Source: Candidatus Harrisonbacteria bacterium (GTDB lineage Bacteria; Patescibacteriota; Minisyncoccia; UBA6257; 02-FULL-45-10c). Taken from it: a DNA stretch of 64,000 nt. Below the pieces are notes generated by a model. It searched no databases, was not told where the DNA came from, and saw only the letters and a program-made list of their open reading frames with translations. The translations under genes were made by a program, and so were the position numbers. Below are positions 8,808 to 17,647 of the stretch, in pieces; the first letter of the stretch is position 1; each line of letters begins with the position of its first letter. The stretch is from positions 3,801 through 67,800 of the forward strand of contig JACROC010000002.1 in NCBI GenBank assembly GCA_016214655.1. The letters run 5' to 3'.

Positions 8808-9851
8808 TTATAGAAATCTTGCAGTAAAAAATAACGCTAACCCAAGCGCGGTAAAAACAGCGGAAACAATCCAAAAACGCATGGTAACTTTAGTTTCCGG
8901 CCAGCCGATAGCTTCAAAATGATGATGGATGGGGGTAGAAATAAAAACCTTTCTGCCAAGAAACTTTTTGCTGGTTAACTGAACTATGACCGAAAGAGAT
9001 TCCACAACTAAAATAATGGCGAAAAATGGCAGGAACAGCGTGGTATTGGTAAGCATGGAAATGACTCCCATGGTAATCCCCAGCGCCATAGACCCAGTGT
9101 CCCCCATAAAAAATCTCGCCGGATAAATGTTAAACCATAAAAACGCGAGCAGGGCGCCAACAGTGATTCCGCTAAAAGTTGCAAGATCATAACGATGAAG
9201 CGCAAAGGCCACTACTGTTAAGGCGCTAAAAGTAAAAAGCATAACCCCGCCCAACAGACCGTCCAAGCCATCGGTTTCATTAGCAGAAAAAGCGCTGGCA
9301 ATAATAATGAACATAAAAATTGGCACATACCATGCTCCAATCTCTATATTCCCAAAGAATGGCGCGTAAAGCACGCTCCAGTCCAGCCGATAATAAAACC
9401 AAAGCCCGCCGATGAGCGCGAGCAACGTATAGACAATCAGTTTTTGAGACATCCTCAATCCTCCGCCATTAGATCCAAGCCGAAAAACACCGAGAAGATC
9501 ATCAACGAGACCCAAAGCGGCCGCAACCAGCATGGCCGCAATCGGCAAGTAAGTTTCCGCGCGGTCGACAAAGTTCAGATAATTCCAAAAACCATCAAAC
9601 AACTTGCCCATTATTAAAAATAAAAGCGCTAAACCAAGTACAGTGGCCCAAATGACAATCCCGCCCATAGTCGGCGTATTCTCCTTGCCCTTGTGCAGTT
9701 CATAAAAAACCGGCGCCTGCTCTTTGCTCCGCAGCTGCTTATTAAAATTAAACTTATACAAAATTTTAACCACCACTGGGGTTAATGCCAGCGCAGCTAA
9801 AAATGATATTGTTGATAGCCCGAGTACACGAGCGGCTTGTAAAATTTCCAT
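8808..9851 (-). CDS. mraY: Phospho-N-acetylmuramoyl-pentapeptide transferase
   Basis: 10 TM helices, NETDGLDGL and MGDTGSMALG signature motifs. Confidence 0.85.
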   Translation of the reverse strand: MEILQAARVLGLSTISFLAALALTPVVVKILYKFNFNKQLRSKEQAPVFYELHKGKENTPTMGGIVIWATVLGLALLFLIMGKLFDGFWNYLNFVDRAETYLPIAAMLVAAALGLVDDLLGVFRLGSNGGGLRMSQKLIVYTLLALIGGLWFYYRLDWSVLYAPFFGNIEIGAWYVPIFMFIIIASAFSANETDGLDGLLGGVMLFTFSALTVVAFALHRYDLATFSGITVGALLAFLWFNIYPARFFMGDTGSMALGITMGVISMLTNTTLFLPFFAIILVVESLSVIVQLTSKKFLGRKVFISTPIHHHFEAIGWPETKVTMRFWIVSAVFTALGLALFFTARFL

Positions 9852-9852
9852 T

Positions 9853-10845
9853 CTAATTAAATTCGTATTCTTCCTTCACCCAATTATACAATATATCCGT
9901 CTGGCCGAACCGATCATCCGTCCCAAGAACGATAATCAAAATCCTGTGTCCCTGATAGTTAAAAAGCGAAATTAAATTGCCATTGGCTTCATTAGTAAAT
10001 CCGGTTTTCCCGCCGATGAAATCCGGCCGGGAAGATGCGAAACCGTTGATATTCAAAAGCTCTTTACTAATTCCTTTTGTTAATTCGCGCAAATCAACTT
10101 TTTGATTCGTGGTAATTTTAAATATTTCCGGATGATTTTTGTCTATATATTTCACCAGCTTCTCCAAATCCTCAATAGATCCTTGATTCAGATAAGAAAT
10201 TCCCGTCGGGTCTGCAAAAACAGTCTGGTCCATTCTCAACTCCACCGCTTTATCCCGCATTTTCTTTACGAAATTATCCAATCCATAAAATTCTCCGACC
10301 GCAGTAGCCGCATCATTACTGGAAACCACCAGCATCGCCTTCACTAAATCGCCCGCGCTGTATTGCTCGCCAACTTCCAAATTCCCGGAAATTCCTTCAG
10401 CCGCAATTGCCGATTCGGAAATTACAACGCGCTTTTCCAAACCAATATCTTCAGTCGCTATCACTGCGCTCATTAATTTAGTTAACGAGGCTAATGGCCA
10501 ACGGACATCAGCATTAGAACTATAAAAATCGGATCCGTAATCCAAATCTCTGACAGCAGCGGCTTTTACTTTTAATTCAGGGTCAGCTATGTTCCAATCC
10601 TTGCGATACGGAACTGTTTCTTTTATTGGTGCGTCTACTAAACTGCCGGATTGACCGATTGAACTAGGTTTGAGCAAAAAACTTTTAGTGTGAATAAATA
10701 CTGGCTGGACTTGTGCGGCAAGGCTGGTAGTTTTAATATTTTCCTGCAATGCTGTCTTTTCCAAGTCATTCCGGTCACCCCTTCCCCAAAAAGCCATGGC
10801 CACCATCAAAGCTACGAATAAAAATTTTAATTGGTCATCGTGCAT
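9853..10845 (-). CDS. Serine-type D-Ala-D-Ala carboxypeptidase (peptidase S11, PBP5-like)
   Basis: SLTK (SxxK), SSND (SxN), KTGFT (KTG) motifs; N-terminal signal/TM anchor. Confidence 0.8.
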   Translation of the reverse strand: MHDDQLKFLFVALMVAMAFWGRGDRNDLEKTALQENIKTTSLAAQVQPVFIHTKSFLLKPSSIGQSGSLVDAPIKETVPYRKDWNIADPELKVKAAAVRDLDYGSDFYSSNADVRWPLASLTKLMSAVIATEDIGLEKRVVISESAIAAEGISGNLEVGEQYSAGDLVKAMLVVSSNDAATAVGEFYGLDNFVKKMRDKAVELRMDQTVFADPTGISYLNQGSIEDLEKLVKYIDKNHPEIFKITTNQKVDLRELTKGISKELLNINGFASSRPDFIGGKTGFTNEANGNLISLFNYQGHRILIIVLGTDDRFGQTDILYNWVKEEYEFN

Positions 10846-10899
10846 AAGTGCGATACTAATATACTAATACATGCGAATGATACTAATCATGTAAATATT

Positions 10900-11541
10900 T
10901 TAACTATTAGTATTATTCGTATCATTAGTACCCATTTGTATATTTGTATCATTAATTTGCTGTTCAACCTGCTGCTTATCCTTTTGCTGAAGTTCCTGAT
11001 GCAAATTGATAACCAATTCCTTATATTTTGAATGATTTGGCAAATCTTCATTTTTGGACAAACCAAGATGCCGCAGCAATTCAAAGCTGACGCTGTATAA
11101 ATAGGCATTGGTCCGTTTAGGATCAACTCCTCTTTCTACTAAGCCGCGCATCAGCAATGCGCGCAAAGTAAAACTGGAATTAACCCCGCGGATATATTCA
11201 ATATCCGCCCTGGTAATCGGACCGGCATAAGAAATAATTGATAAAGTTTCCAGTGCCGCCGGAGTCAAAGCTTCGGTGAATTCCTGCTTGGTTATGTCTT
11301 CCAATAATTTGGAAAATTCCGGCTTAGTAACTAATTGCACCCTTCCTTTATCCTGCACCAATAACAAACCCCTTTCAGCGCGGCTCAATTCTTGTTCCAA
11401 TAATTGCAGACCCTCTTCCATCTCGGAATCTTTTAAAGCCAAAATTTTGGCTAATTTTTTAGTTTCAATCGGCTCGCCGTATATAAATAATAATGCCTCT
11501 ATTTTTGCCAACGATTTTAAGTTTTTCTCCAAGATTTCCAT
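10900..11541 (-). CDS. scpB: Segregation and condensation protein B
   Basis: IEALLFIYGEPIETKKLAKIL and tandem winged-helix pattern; sits downstream of scpA. C-terminal Asn/Thr-rich tail is encoded by ACTAATA-type repeats. Confidence 0.75.
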   Translation of the reverse strand: MEILEKNLKSLAKIEALLFIYGEPIETKKLAKILALKDSEMEEGLQLLEQELSRAERGLLLVQDKGRVQLVTKPEFSKLLEDITKQEFTEALTPAALETLSIISYAGPITRADIEYIRGVNSSFTLRALLMRGLVERGVDPKRTNAYLYSVSFELLRHLGLSKNEDLPNHSKYKELVINLHQELQQKDKQQVEQQINDTNIQMGTNDTNNTNS

Positions 11542-11585
11542 AAATCAAAGTTTATAATGTAAAGTTAAAAATGCAAAGTGGAAAA

Positions 11586-12329
11586 TTAAGGTATCTCTTG
11601 GACTGGCGGCGGCAAATTTTCTTCCTCGTGTTTCTTAATCAAAATATCAGAGAATTTTTCTTCTTGGTGGGCTTTAGCAATCCGGTCACGAATCAAATGC
11701 AAAATGGCTAAAAATAACAAAATAATTTCCAGTTTGGATTTCTCTTTAGATAAGTCCTTAAAACTGTGTTCGGTTCTTTCTTTCAGCCTCTCCAACAATT
11801 CCTTAACTTTCATTTCCACCGTCAGAATAACTTTTCTGACTGTCTGTTTTTCCGGAATCAGAGCCTTTAACTCCTGCATCAATTCCATCAACTCTGACTC
11901 CAACCGCTCAATGGTTAAATTTTCTGAAGGATAAAAGACTACCGGCAAATTCATAAACAACTCCCGGCCGTATAAAGACATTTTTTTATTCCATAAATTA
12001 TTAATTTCTAAACTGGCCTCTTCGAATTCTTTATAGATTTTAAGCCGCGCTTCCAAATCCCTGATATCAGTTTCTTCTTCCTCCGTGAGTTCCAAAGCCG
12101 GCAAAAGCGCCTTAGATTTTATCAAAAGCAACCGGGAAGCCACTACCACAAAATCCGCGAGTACACTCGGATGCCTGACTCCTTCTTCAAGATTTTTTAA
12201 ATAATCCAAAAAATCTCCGGTAACCTTAGCTAAACTGACCAAAGTGATGTCCAGCTGTTTAGCCTCAATAAGTTCCAATAGTTTTTCCAGCGGACCAGCA
12301 AACTTATCTAATTTAATTTCGTATTCCAT
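11586..12329 (-). CDS. scpA: Segregation and condensation protein A
   Basis: FAGPLEKLLELIEAKQLDITLVSLAKVT matches the ScpA N-terminal signature; length 247 aa. Confidence 0.8.
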   Translation of the reverse strand: MEYEIKLDKFAGPLEKLLELIEAKQLDITLVSLAKVTGDFLDYLKNLEEGVRHPSVLADFVVVASRLLLIKSKALLPALELTEEEETDIRDLEARLKIYKEFEEASLEINNLWNKKMSLYGRELFMNLPVVFYPSENLTIERLESELMELMQELKALIPEKQTVRKVILTVEMKVKELLERLKERTEHSFKDLSKEKSKLEIILLFLAILHLIRDRIAKAHQEEKFSDILIKKHEEENLPPPVQEIP

Positions 12330-12335
12330 AATTCA

Positions 12336-13565
12336 TTATTCTGGCAGAAGCGCGGCCTTAGTGTAATTATTTGCCGGATTCCACAACATCCAGCCAATAG
12401 GCGTACTGCTAGCCGCATCATAAGTTGCTTTAATCTGCGCGCGCACTTTTTCCGCGTCATAATTCGCCCCCAAATCAAAATCCTGCAGCCATGGACGAAG
12501 CTGCGGCTTCTTAACCAGATATTTTTCCGTGGAAGTGGAATTTTCCGCGTTAATTATATACTGCTTTAATCTCTCGCTGGCCACCAGTATAGAATTATGA
12601 ACAACCTCATATGGATGCGCCGCTGGATTCTGATAACCATCAAATCCGACATTGTAATGCGACGGGTAAACCATCGGTGCCACCGCATCAAAATAATTAT
12701 AAGCATCGTCAATATTCTGTCCTATGCCGACGTCGCCGTAATTAACCGTTACCAAACCGAATAAGTCCGCGGAAATTTTCGCCTCCGGCAAAGCTTTCCG
12801 CAAATATTTCCAAAAATCCCGGATAACGTGCCGCTTTAAAGTCACGCCATCCCAAAACGGAAACCTGGCGTCATTTAAATTGCCGTCAGACGGAAAACGG
12901 ATGTAATCAAAATTAATTTCGTCAAAACCACGCGCCAGCGCGTCTTTGGCAATTTCAATATTGTAATCCCACGCTTCTTTAGCAGCCGGATCAATCCACA
13001 TTATTCCTTTATAATCTTTCCATTGCTTGCCGGTAGAAGTACTGGTAACGGCTAAATCCGGACGATTTTTGGCCAGTATCGGGTCCTGAAAAACTGCTAA
13101 GCGGGCAATTGCATATATGCCTTCATCGTGGAGTTTTTTAATCAAAGCATTTGGACGCTGAATACGGATTTCCTCGGCGCCATATTTATTAATCAGTTCA
13201 ATATCAGTATCATAACTGACTTGGCCAGTGTAATCCTTGACATCTATTACTATCGCATTCAATTCGGTTTTTTTAAGAAGGTCCATCAAATAATTCATTT
13301 TTTTGACGCTGCCGGCAGACCAGCCAGTCGCATAAAGCGCTTTGATAACTTCCGGAGGATTTTCCAACGGCTTTTGCAGCGGCAAATCCGGATTGGCGGC
13401 AATAGCATCTTGCTTTGCCTTATTTTCTATTACCAATTTATTGGCTTCCATTTCATGAGTGACTTCGGAAATCTGCGCCAATTGGAAATCATTATGCGCC
13501 TTAAAAAATAAAAATAGGCCGCCGCCCGCCAAAAGAAAAATTAGAAATATTATGGTATTTCTCAC
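12336..13565 (-). CDS. Membrane-anchored putative glycoside-hydrolase-like protein (DUF4015/GHL-type TIM barrel)
   Basis: N-terminal TM; GFDEINFDYIRFPSDG and WIDPAAKEAWDYNIEIA resemble the DUF4015 family. Confidence 0.5.
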   Translation of the reverse strand: MRNTIIFLIFLLAGGGLFLFFKAHNDFQLAQISEVTHEMEANKLVIENKAKQDAIAANPDLPLQKPLENPPEVIKALYATGWSAGSVKKMNYLMDLLKKTELNAIVIDVKDYTGQVSYDTDIELINKYGAEEIRIQRPNALIKKLHDEGIYAIARLAVFQDPILAKNRPDLAVTSTSTGKQWKDYKGIMWIDPAAKEAWDYNIEIAKDALARGFDEINFDYIRFPSDGNLNDARFPFWDGVTLKRHVIRDFWKYLRKALPEAKISADLFGLVTVNYGDVGIGQNIDDAYNYFDAVAPMVYPSHYNVGFDGYQNPAAHPYEVVHNSILVASERLKQYIINAENSTSTEKYLVKKPQLRPWLQDFDLGANYDAEKVRAQIKATYDAASSTPIGWMLWNPANNYTKAALLPE

Positions 13566-13612
13566 CAGTTAATTTTAAGTTAAAACCCTGCTATTTTCAA
13601 TTAAATTTTGTG

Positions 13613-13648
13613 AATAGTTGACAAATTTTTATATAATCTGCTATTATA
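13613..13648 (+). promoter_or_regulatory. TTGACA-18-TATTAT promoter for the tRNA pair
   Basis: ttgaca at 13618-13623, AT-rich -10, about 40 nt before the first tRNA. Confidence 0.45.
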
Positions 13649-13686
13649 TAACCAATGTTCTTTGTTACCAAATCTGTGGTACTTGT

Positions 13687-13781
13687 GGGTCCATAGCTCA
13701 ATGGAGAGCGCTCCCTTGATACGGGAGAGGCACGGAATTGGATCCATCCGTGATATCCTGGTTCGAATCCAGGTGGACCCA
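13687..13781 (+). tRNA. tRNA-Ile(GAU)-like, 95 nt, with an atypical 29-nt variable arm forming a 6-bp hairpin
   Basis: GGGTCCA acceptor, D arm GCTC/GAGC, anticodon stem CTCCC/GGGAG with loop TTGATAC (GAT, A37), inserted CACGGA-ATTGGATCCA-TCCGTG hairpin, T arm CCTGG-TTCGAAT-CCAGG, discriminator A. No encoded CCA. Confidence 0.6.
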
Positions 13782-13810
13782 CTGGTACCATAGAAACCCG
13801 TAATGCGATT

Positions 13811-13882
13811 GGGTGTGTAACTCAGCGGCAGAGTGCCCGCCTTTTAAGCGGGAGATCATGGGTTCGATACCCACCGCACCCA
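13811..13882 (+). tRNA. tRNA-Lys(UUU)
   Basis: GGGTGTG/CGCACCC acceptor, anticodon loop CTTTTAA, T-loop TTCGATA, 72 nt. Confidence 0.85.
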
Positions 13883-13926
13883 ATGGCACTATGGATCAGT
13901 TTTGATGGGACCCAGTCCGGGTCCCG

Positions 13927-13962
13927 CCGCACCCCACATTGGAAGATGTGGGGTTTTATTTT
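13927..13962 (+). terminator. ccccacattggaagatgtgggg + TTTTATTTTTTAT
   Basis: Classic intrinsic terminator after the tRNAs. Confidence 0.6.
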
Positions 13963-14083
13963 TTATAAAAAGAATGAACGACAAAGCGCCAACGCGCCCG
14001 CCGAACGATCTCCCGCACCGCCCGGATAACAAGTTAAAATAAAATTTATGACCTCGCTTCGGGGTCTTTTTTATTCAAACAAA

Positions 14084-14108
14084 AAACCGCGCATCGCGCG
14101 GTTCTGAA
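14084..14108 (-). terminator. ccgcgcgatgcgcgg hairpin + T-run (minus strand)
   Basis: Directly 3' of the OMP gene. Confidence 0.55.
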
Positions 14109-14117
14109 AACCTAAAC

Positions 14118-14660
14118 TCAAAAATGATACTCCAGTCCCAGATTCGGCGACCAGAATCCCACCGGACCAGGACCATCCCACCTGCTCATCTCCACATTTA
14201 CATACATACTCTTAAACAAATTAAGTCCTATTCCAAAGCCCCACTTCCAGCATCCGCCAACAGTAGTGTTATCAGCATTTAAAACTGATAACCCATATCC
14301 GCCCTCAAAATAAAATCCCGGAACCAACCCGATTCGCATATTCGCAATGATATTATTCAAGGAAAAATTTACTTCAGGCGCAGTTCTGCTTCTCATTTTT
14401 CCTTTAAAATGAGTGTAATCAATACCGCTATCAAATACATTAACCAGCTTATCCTTGCGATCCTTCTCCCAATTATGAAACATAACCGATAATCCAACTC
14501 CGGAATTTGAAGAAAATGATCGTCTATCATCTGAGAAATTCGCATCGCCCTGCGCGCTCAATGACAGATAACCGAGCCTGGTGTCATCTTTCGCACTGGC
14601 ATAAATCGGCTGGGCACTCAAAACAGTCAAGGAGATCACCGCTAAAGAAATTTTTTTCAT
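14118..14660 (-). CDS. Outer-membrane-type beta-barrel protein (OmpW/OmpA-like small barrel), signal peptide; start at second Met with strong AAGGAGG
   Basis: MKKISLAVISLTVLSA...A signal; alternating hydrophobic strands; C-terminal ...GLEYHF terminal Phe typical of BAM substrates. Confidence 0.45.
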   Translation of the reverse strand: MKKISLAVISLTVLSAQPIYASAKDDTRLGYLSLSAQGDANFSDDRRSFSSNSGVGLSVMFHNWEKDRKDKLVNVFDSGIDYTHFKGKMRSRTAPEVNFSLNNIIANMRIGLVPGFYFEGGYGLSVLNADNTTVGGCWKWGFGIGLNLFKSMYVNVEMSRWDGPGPVGFWSPNLGLEYHF

Positions 14661-14802
14661 CCCCCCTCCTTTTTCGAGCAACGGTTTCTACAGCTGTGCC
14701 TGTAGTGTAAATATATTAACATATAAATTCCTCTTTGGCAAACCACTAGCCGCTAATCACTGGTCGCTGTATAATAAATCTAAATTTACTAGTCGCTAAA
14801 AT

Positions 14803-15906
14803 ATGCTTGCTATTTATCGCAAATATCGTCCGAAAACTTTTGAAGATTTACTGGGACAAGAACATATCGTGGAAATTCTCCGCAATGCCGCGCGGCAGGA
14901 TAAATTCGCCCACGCTTATCTTTTTTACGGTTCACGCGGATCCGGAAAAACCACCACCGCAAGACTGATCGCAAAATTAATAAACTGCGAAACCCGCCAG
15001 ACTGATAAAAAATTCAAAGAAACTGGGGAGCCATGCAACAAATGCCGGCCGTGCACGGAAATTGATGCCGGACACGCTTTGGATGTAATCGAAGTTGATG
15101 CGGCTTCCAACCGAGGCATTGATGAAATCCGTAATCTCCAAGAAGGCGTCCGCCTCTCACCTACTTCTTATAAAAGTAAAGTATTTATCATTGACGAAGT
15201 GCACATGCTCACCCGCGAAGCCTTTAACGCGCTTTTAAAAACTTTGGAGGAGCCGCCGGCGCATGTGATTTTCATTTTAGCCACTACCGAATACGAAAAG
15301 GTACCGGCGACAATTTCATCCCGCACCCAAAGATTCCATTTCCGGAAACTTGCGCTTAATGAAATTATTAAAAAGCTTTCCTTAATCATTAAGGCTGAAA
15401 AACTCAAAGTTGCTGATGATGCTTTAGAGCTTATAGCCGCCCTAGCCGAAGGAAGTTTACGAGATGCTGAGTCGCTGCTGGATCAGATCACCTCCCTTGA
15501 TCAGAGCGTGGAACTAAAAGATGTTGAACGAATCGCCGGAAAGATCGGCTACAAAAAAACTGCCCAACTTGCCGAATATCTACTTAAGAGCAGTCTGGAG
15601 GATTCGTTGAGCTATCTAAATGAAATTGATCAGGGCGGATATAACCTAGTCCAGCTCAACAAAGACCTCATCCATTATCTCCGCCGCGCTTTAACACTCA
15701 AGATGAGTCCGAAGATTGAAGAACTTTACCAAAAAGAACTCACTAAGGACGAGCTCGCGCATTTAAAAAATCACGCTCAACTTCTGCAAGAACAAAAACA
15801 TATTGCTTTATTGAAATCTCTGATCCGCGCTTATAGCGAAATGCGCTATTCGCCGTTTGCCATCGTACCGCTGGAAGTGGCAATTATAGAAAATCTTAAA
15901 CATTGA
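14803..15906 (+). CDS. dnaX: DNA polymerase III subunit gamma/tau (short gamma-type, 367 aa)
   Basis: GSRGSGKTTTARLIA Walker A, Zn module CNKCRPC, DAASNRGIDEIR, sensor-2 SRTQ. Confidence 0.9.
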   Translation: MLAIYRKYRPKTFEDLLGQEHIVEILRNAARQDKFAHAYLFYGSRGSGKTTTARLIAKLINCETRQTDKKFKETGEPCNKCRPCTEIDAGHALDVIEVDAASNRGIDEIRNLQEGVRLSPTSYKSKVFIIDEVHMLTREAFNALLKTLEEPPAHVIFILATTEYEKVPATISSRTQRFHFRKLALNEIIKKLSLIIKAEKLKVADDALELIAALAEGSLRDAESLLDQITSLDQSVELKDVERIAGKIGYKKTAQLAEYLLKSSLEDSLSYLNEIDQGGYNLVQLNKDLIHYLRRALTLKMSPKIEELYQKELTKDELAHLKNHAQLLQEQKHIALLKSLIRAYSEMRYSPFAIVPLEVAIIENLKH

Positions 15907-15963
15907 TTCATTGCTTTTAAAATATTATATTGCAAGCAGTACCCCAAAATAAGTATAACCACA

Positions 15964-16233
15964 GTGATACTGACCTGGATGCGAATCGCCGAGATTAACC
16001 CGAAAAAGATGGAAGCGCAAGTATTACGGCAAACGGAAATGCAGTATAACCAAGCTATTGAAGAACTACGTGCCGAAATCAAAAACGGCTACGAACCGAC
16101 ATTCTTCCAGAAAGACAGAATCAGCCTGCTAAAATACGATAAAGTAAAAAAAGACCTTTTTGCGTTTACCACTGAAGGCACTGAGGAAGAAATAAAATCG
16201 ATACAAAAAGCAATTTATCAAGCCCCAACATAA
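15964..16233 (+). CDS. Hypothetical protein (89 aa)
   Basis: ORF followed by hairpin terminator 16221-16245; not YbaB-like. Confidence 0.35.
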   Translation: MILTWMRIAEINPKKMEAQVLRQTEMQYNQAIEELRAEIKNGYEPTFFQKDRISLLKYDKVKKDLFAFTTEGTEEEIKSIQKAIYQAPT

Positions 16234-16246
16234 CGGGGCTTTTTTA
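16221..16246 (+). terminator. agcccc-aacataac-ggggct + TTTTTT
   Basis: Canonical intrinsic terminator. Confidence 0.55.
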
Positions 16247-16251
16247 TAATA

Positions 16252-16392
16252 CCCAAAACTATCTTCCTACCGGCACCAGAGTCCGCTCGCTCCAGCGACA
16301 AACGGCTCCTACGCCTCACCCCGAAAATTTTCGCTTTGCGAAAAACCAATCTTTTCGGGGTTCCGTAATTGCCGCACGAAAGATAATTTTGA
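16252..16392. ncRNA. Copy B of the repeated structured element (see 7834-7970), terminal stem caaaactatctt/aagataattttg
   Basis: Same core ends CTACCGGCACC / TTGCCGCACGA; three internal hairpins show compensatory substitutions relative to copy A. Confidence 0.5.
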
Positions 16393-16405
16393 GTATTATC
16401 GCACA

Positions 16406-17611
16406 TTACTTAGTTTCAATTTCTGTAATCTCAATCTTGATATTATTTTTCTTGAATTCCTCTAAGAGCTGGCCACGTATTTCATCGCTTAACGCTTCCG
16501 GCGGAAACACTCCGCCCTCTTTTATTTTCGGAATCGCCATGGCAAAAATCAACGCGCTTAAGCCGGCCGCATAAGAAACATAATTAGCGCCCGGATAAAC
16601 CTGGTTAATCGCCACCTGATCAGGAAATAAAATCATGGCTTTTTTAATAATTTTCTTTTTCTCACGTAAACCCTTCTCCTCAACCGCCGCCCAGAAATGG
16701 GCATTATGGAGCTGTTTGTATGCCACTAAATTTTTCAGATCCCGCAGCGCCGGCACATCCGGCCATACCTTGAGTAAAACTTCATATGGCGCAACCATCG
16801 CATCGCCGATTTTTACCTGGCGCTTTTTAAAAAGTCCCAGCTTAAAAAGCGTCCGCGCAAATTCCATTTCACTGCCGCCGGCCTTAAGATCCACATATTT
16901 TGTTTTGATATAAAGCGGCATAGTGCCGATGTCCTCCTGCGCGAGCAAATAGCACTTTTGGTTTAAAAAGGGTTCCGGAAAGTCATAAACTTCTTCCTCA
17001 GAAAAATTATTTTTAGGTAAAAATTTATCAAATTCCCAGACCAGCGGCTTATGCCAGACCTCGTCAAAAAAGATCGCCTTGGACCAGGCAGTAAACGGCA
17101 CATCCGAACTCACGTCCTCCAGCAATCTTATTTTTATATATTCAATCCTTTTTAATTGCAACGAGAGTTCTTTGGCAACCAAATTCGTCACCCCGGGAGA
17201 AGCCGAGGCATTGATCAAAGCTTTCAGATTTTTTTCCTGAAAATCTTTTTTATATTTTAATTGTTCAATCTTGCCGCCCTCCCATTCCGAAGCCAGATCC
17301 TGATAATTTACTCCGGCCTCCAGTGCAGCCTTCATCAGGCCATCATTAAATCCGGGCAAGGATGCATTGATCAATAAATCAAAGCCCCTAGCTGCGGCTA
17401 CGACCGTCGGAGAATCCTTAGCATTTAATGTCTTAAAAGTAATTTTAGGGCTGGGAATAAGAAATTTCCTGGCCTTGGCCTGATCAATATCGCCTATAAT
17501 AACCTGCTCAACTTCTGCCTTATCGGAGAGTAATTTAGCAATTATTGACCCGGCCGCCCCTGCCCCTATGATTAGAACTTTCATTACCTTAAGAATAGCC
17601 CGATGCGGCAA
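16406..17611 (-). CDS. Saccharopine dehydrogenase-family NAD(P)-binding oxidoreductase (carboxynorspermidine-dehydrogenase-like)
   Basis: VLIIGAGAAGS Rossmann N-terminus, about 400 aa two-domain architecture. Confidence 0.5.
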   Translation of the reverse strand: MPHRAILKVMKVLIIGAGAAGSIIAKLLSDKAEVEQVIIGDIDQAKARKFLIPSPKITFKTLNAKDSPTVVAAARGFDLLINASLPGFNDGLMKAALEAGVNYQDLASEWEGGKIEQLKYKKDFQEKNLKALINASASPGVTNLVAKELSLQLKRIEYIKIRLLEDVSSDVPFTAWSKAIFFDEVWHKPLVWEFDKFLPKNNFSEEEVYDFPEPFLNQKCYLLAQEDIGTMPLYIKTKYVDLKAGGSEMEFARTLFKLGLFKKRQVKIGDAMVAPYEVLLKVWPDVPALRDLKNLVAYKQLHNAHFWAAVEEKGLREKKKIIKKAMILFPDQVAINQVYPGANYVSYAAGLSALIFAMAIPKIKEGGVFPPEALSDEIRGQLLEEFKKNNIKIEITEIETK

Positions 17612-17612
17612 C

Positions 17613-17641
17613 TAGCGCACTATTGACTTTTTTATGTAAAT
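17613..17641 (+). promoter_or_regulatory. TTGACT-17-TATATT promoter
   Basis: ttgact 17613-17618, exact 17-bp spacer, tatatt 17636-17641. Confidence 0.55.
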
Positions 17642-17647
17642 ACGATA

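Noticed and set aside
10850-10935. ACTAATA/TATTAGT repeat cluster as a regulatory iteron
   Set aside because: Mostly falls inside the scpB 3' coding end (encodes an N/T-rich tail). Cannot separate a regulatory role from coding low complexity.
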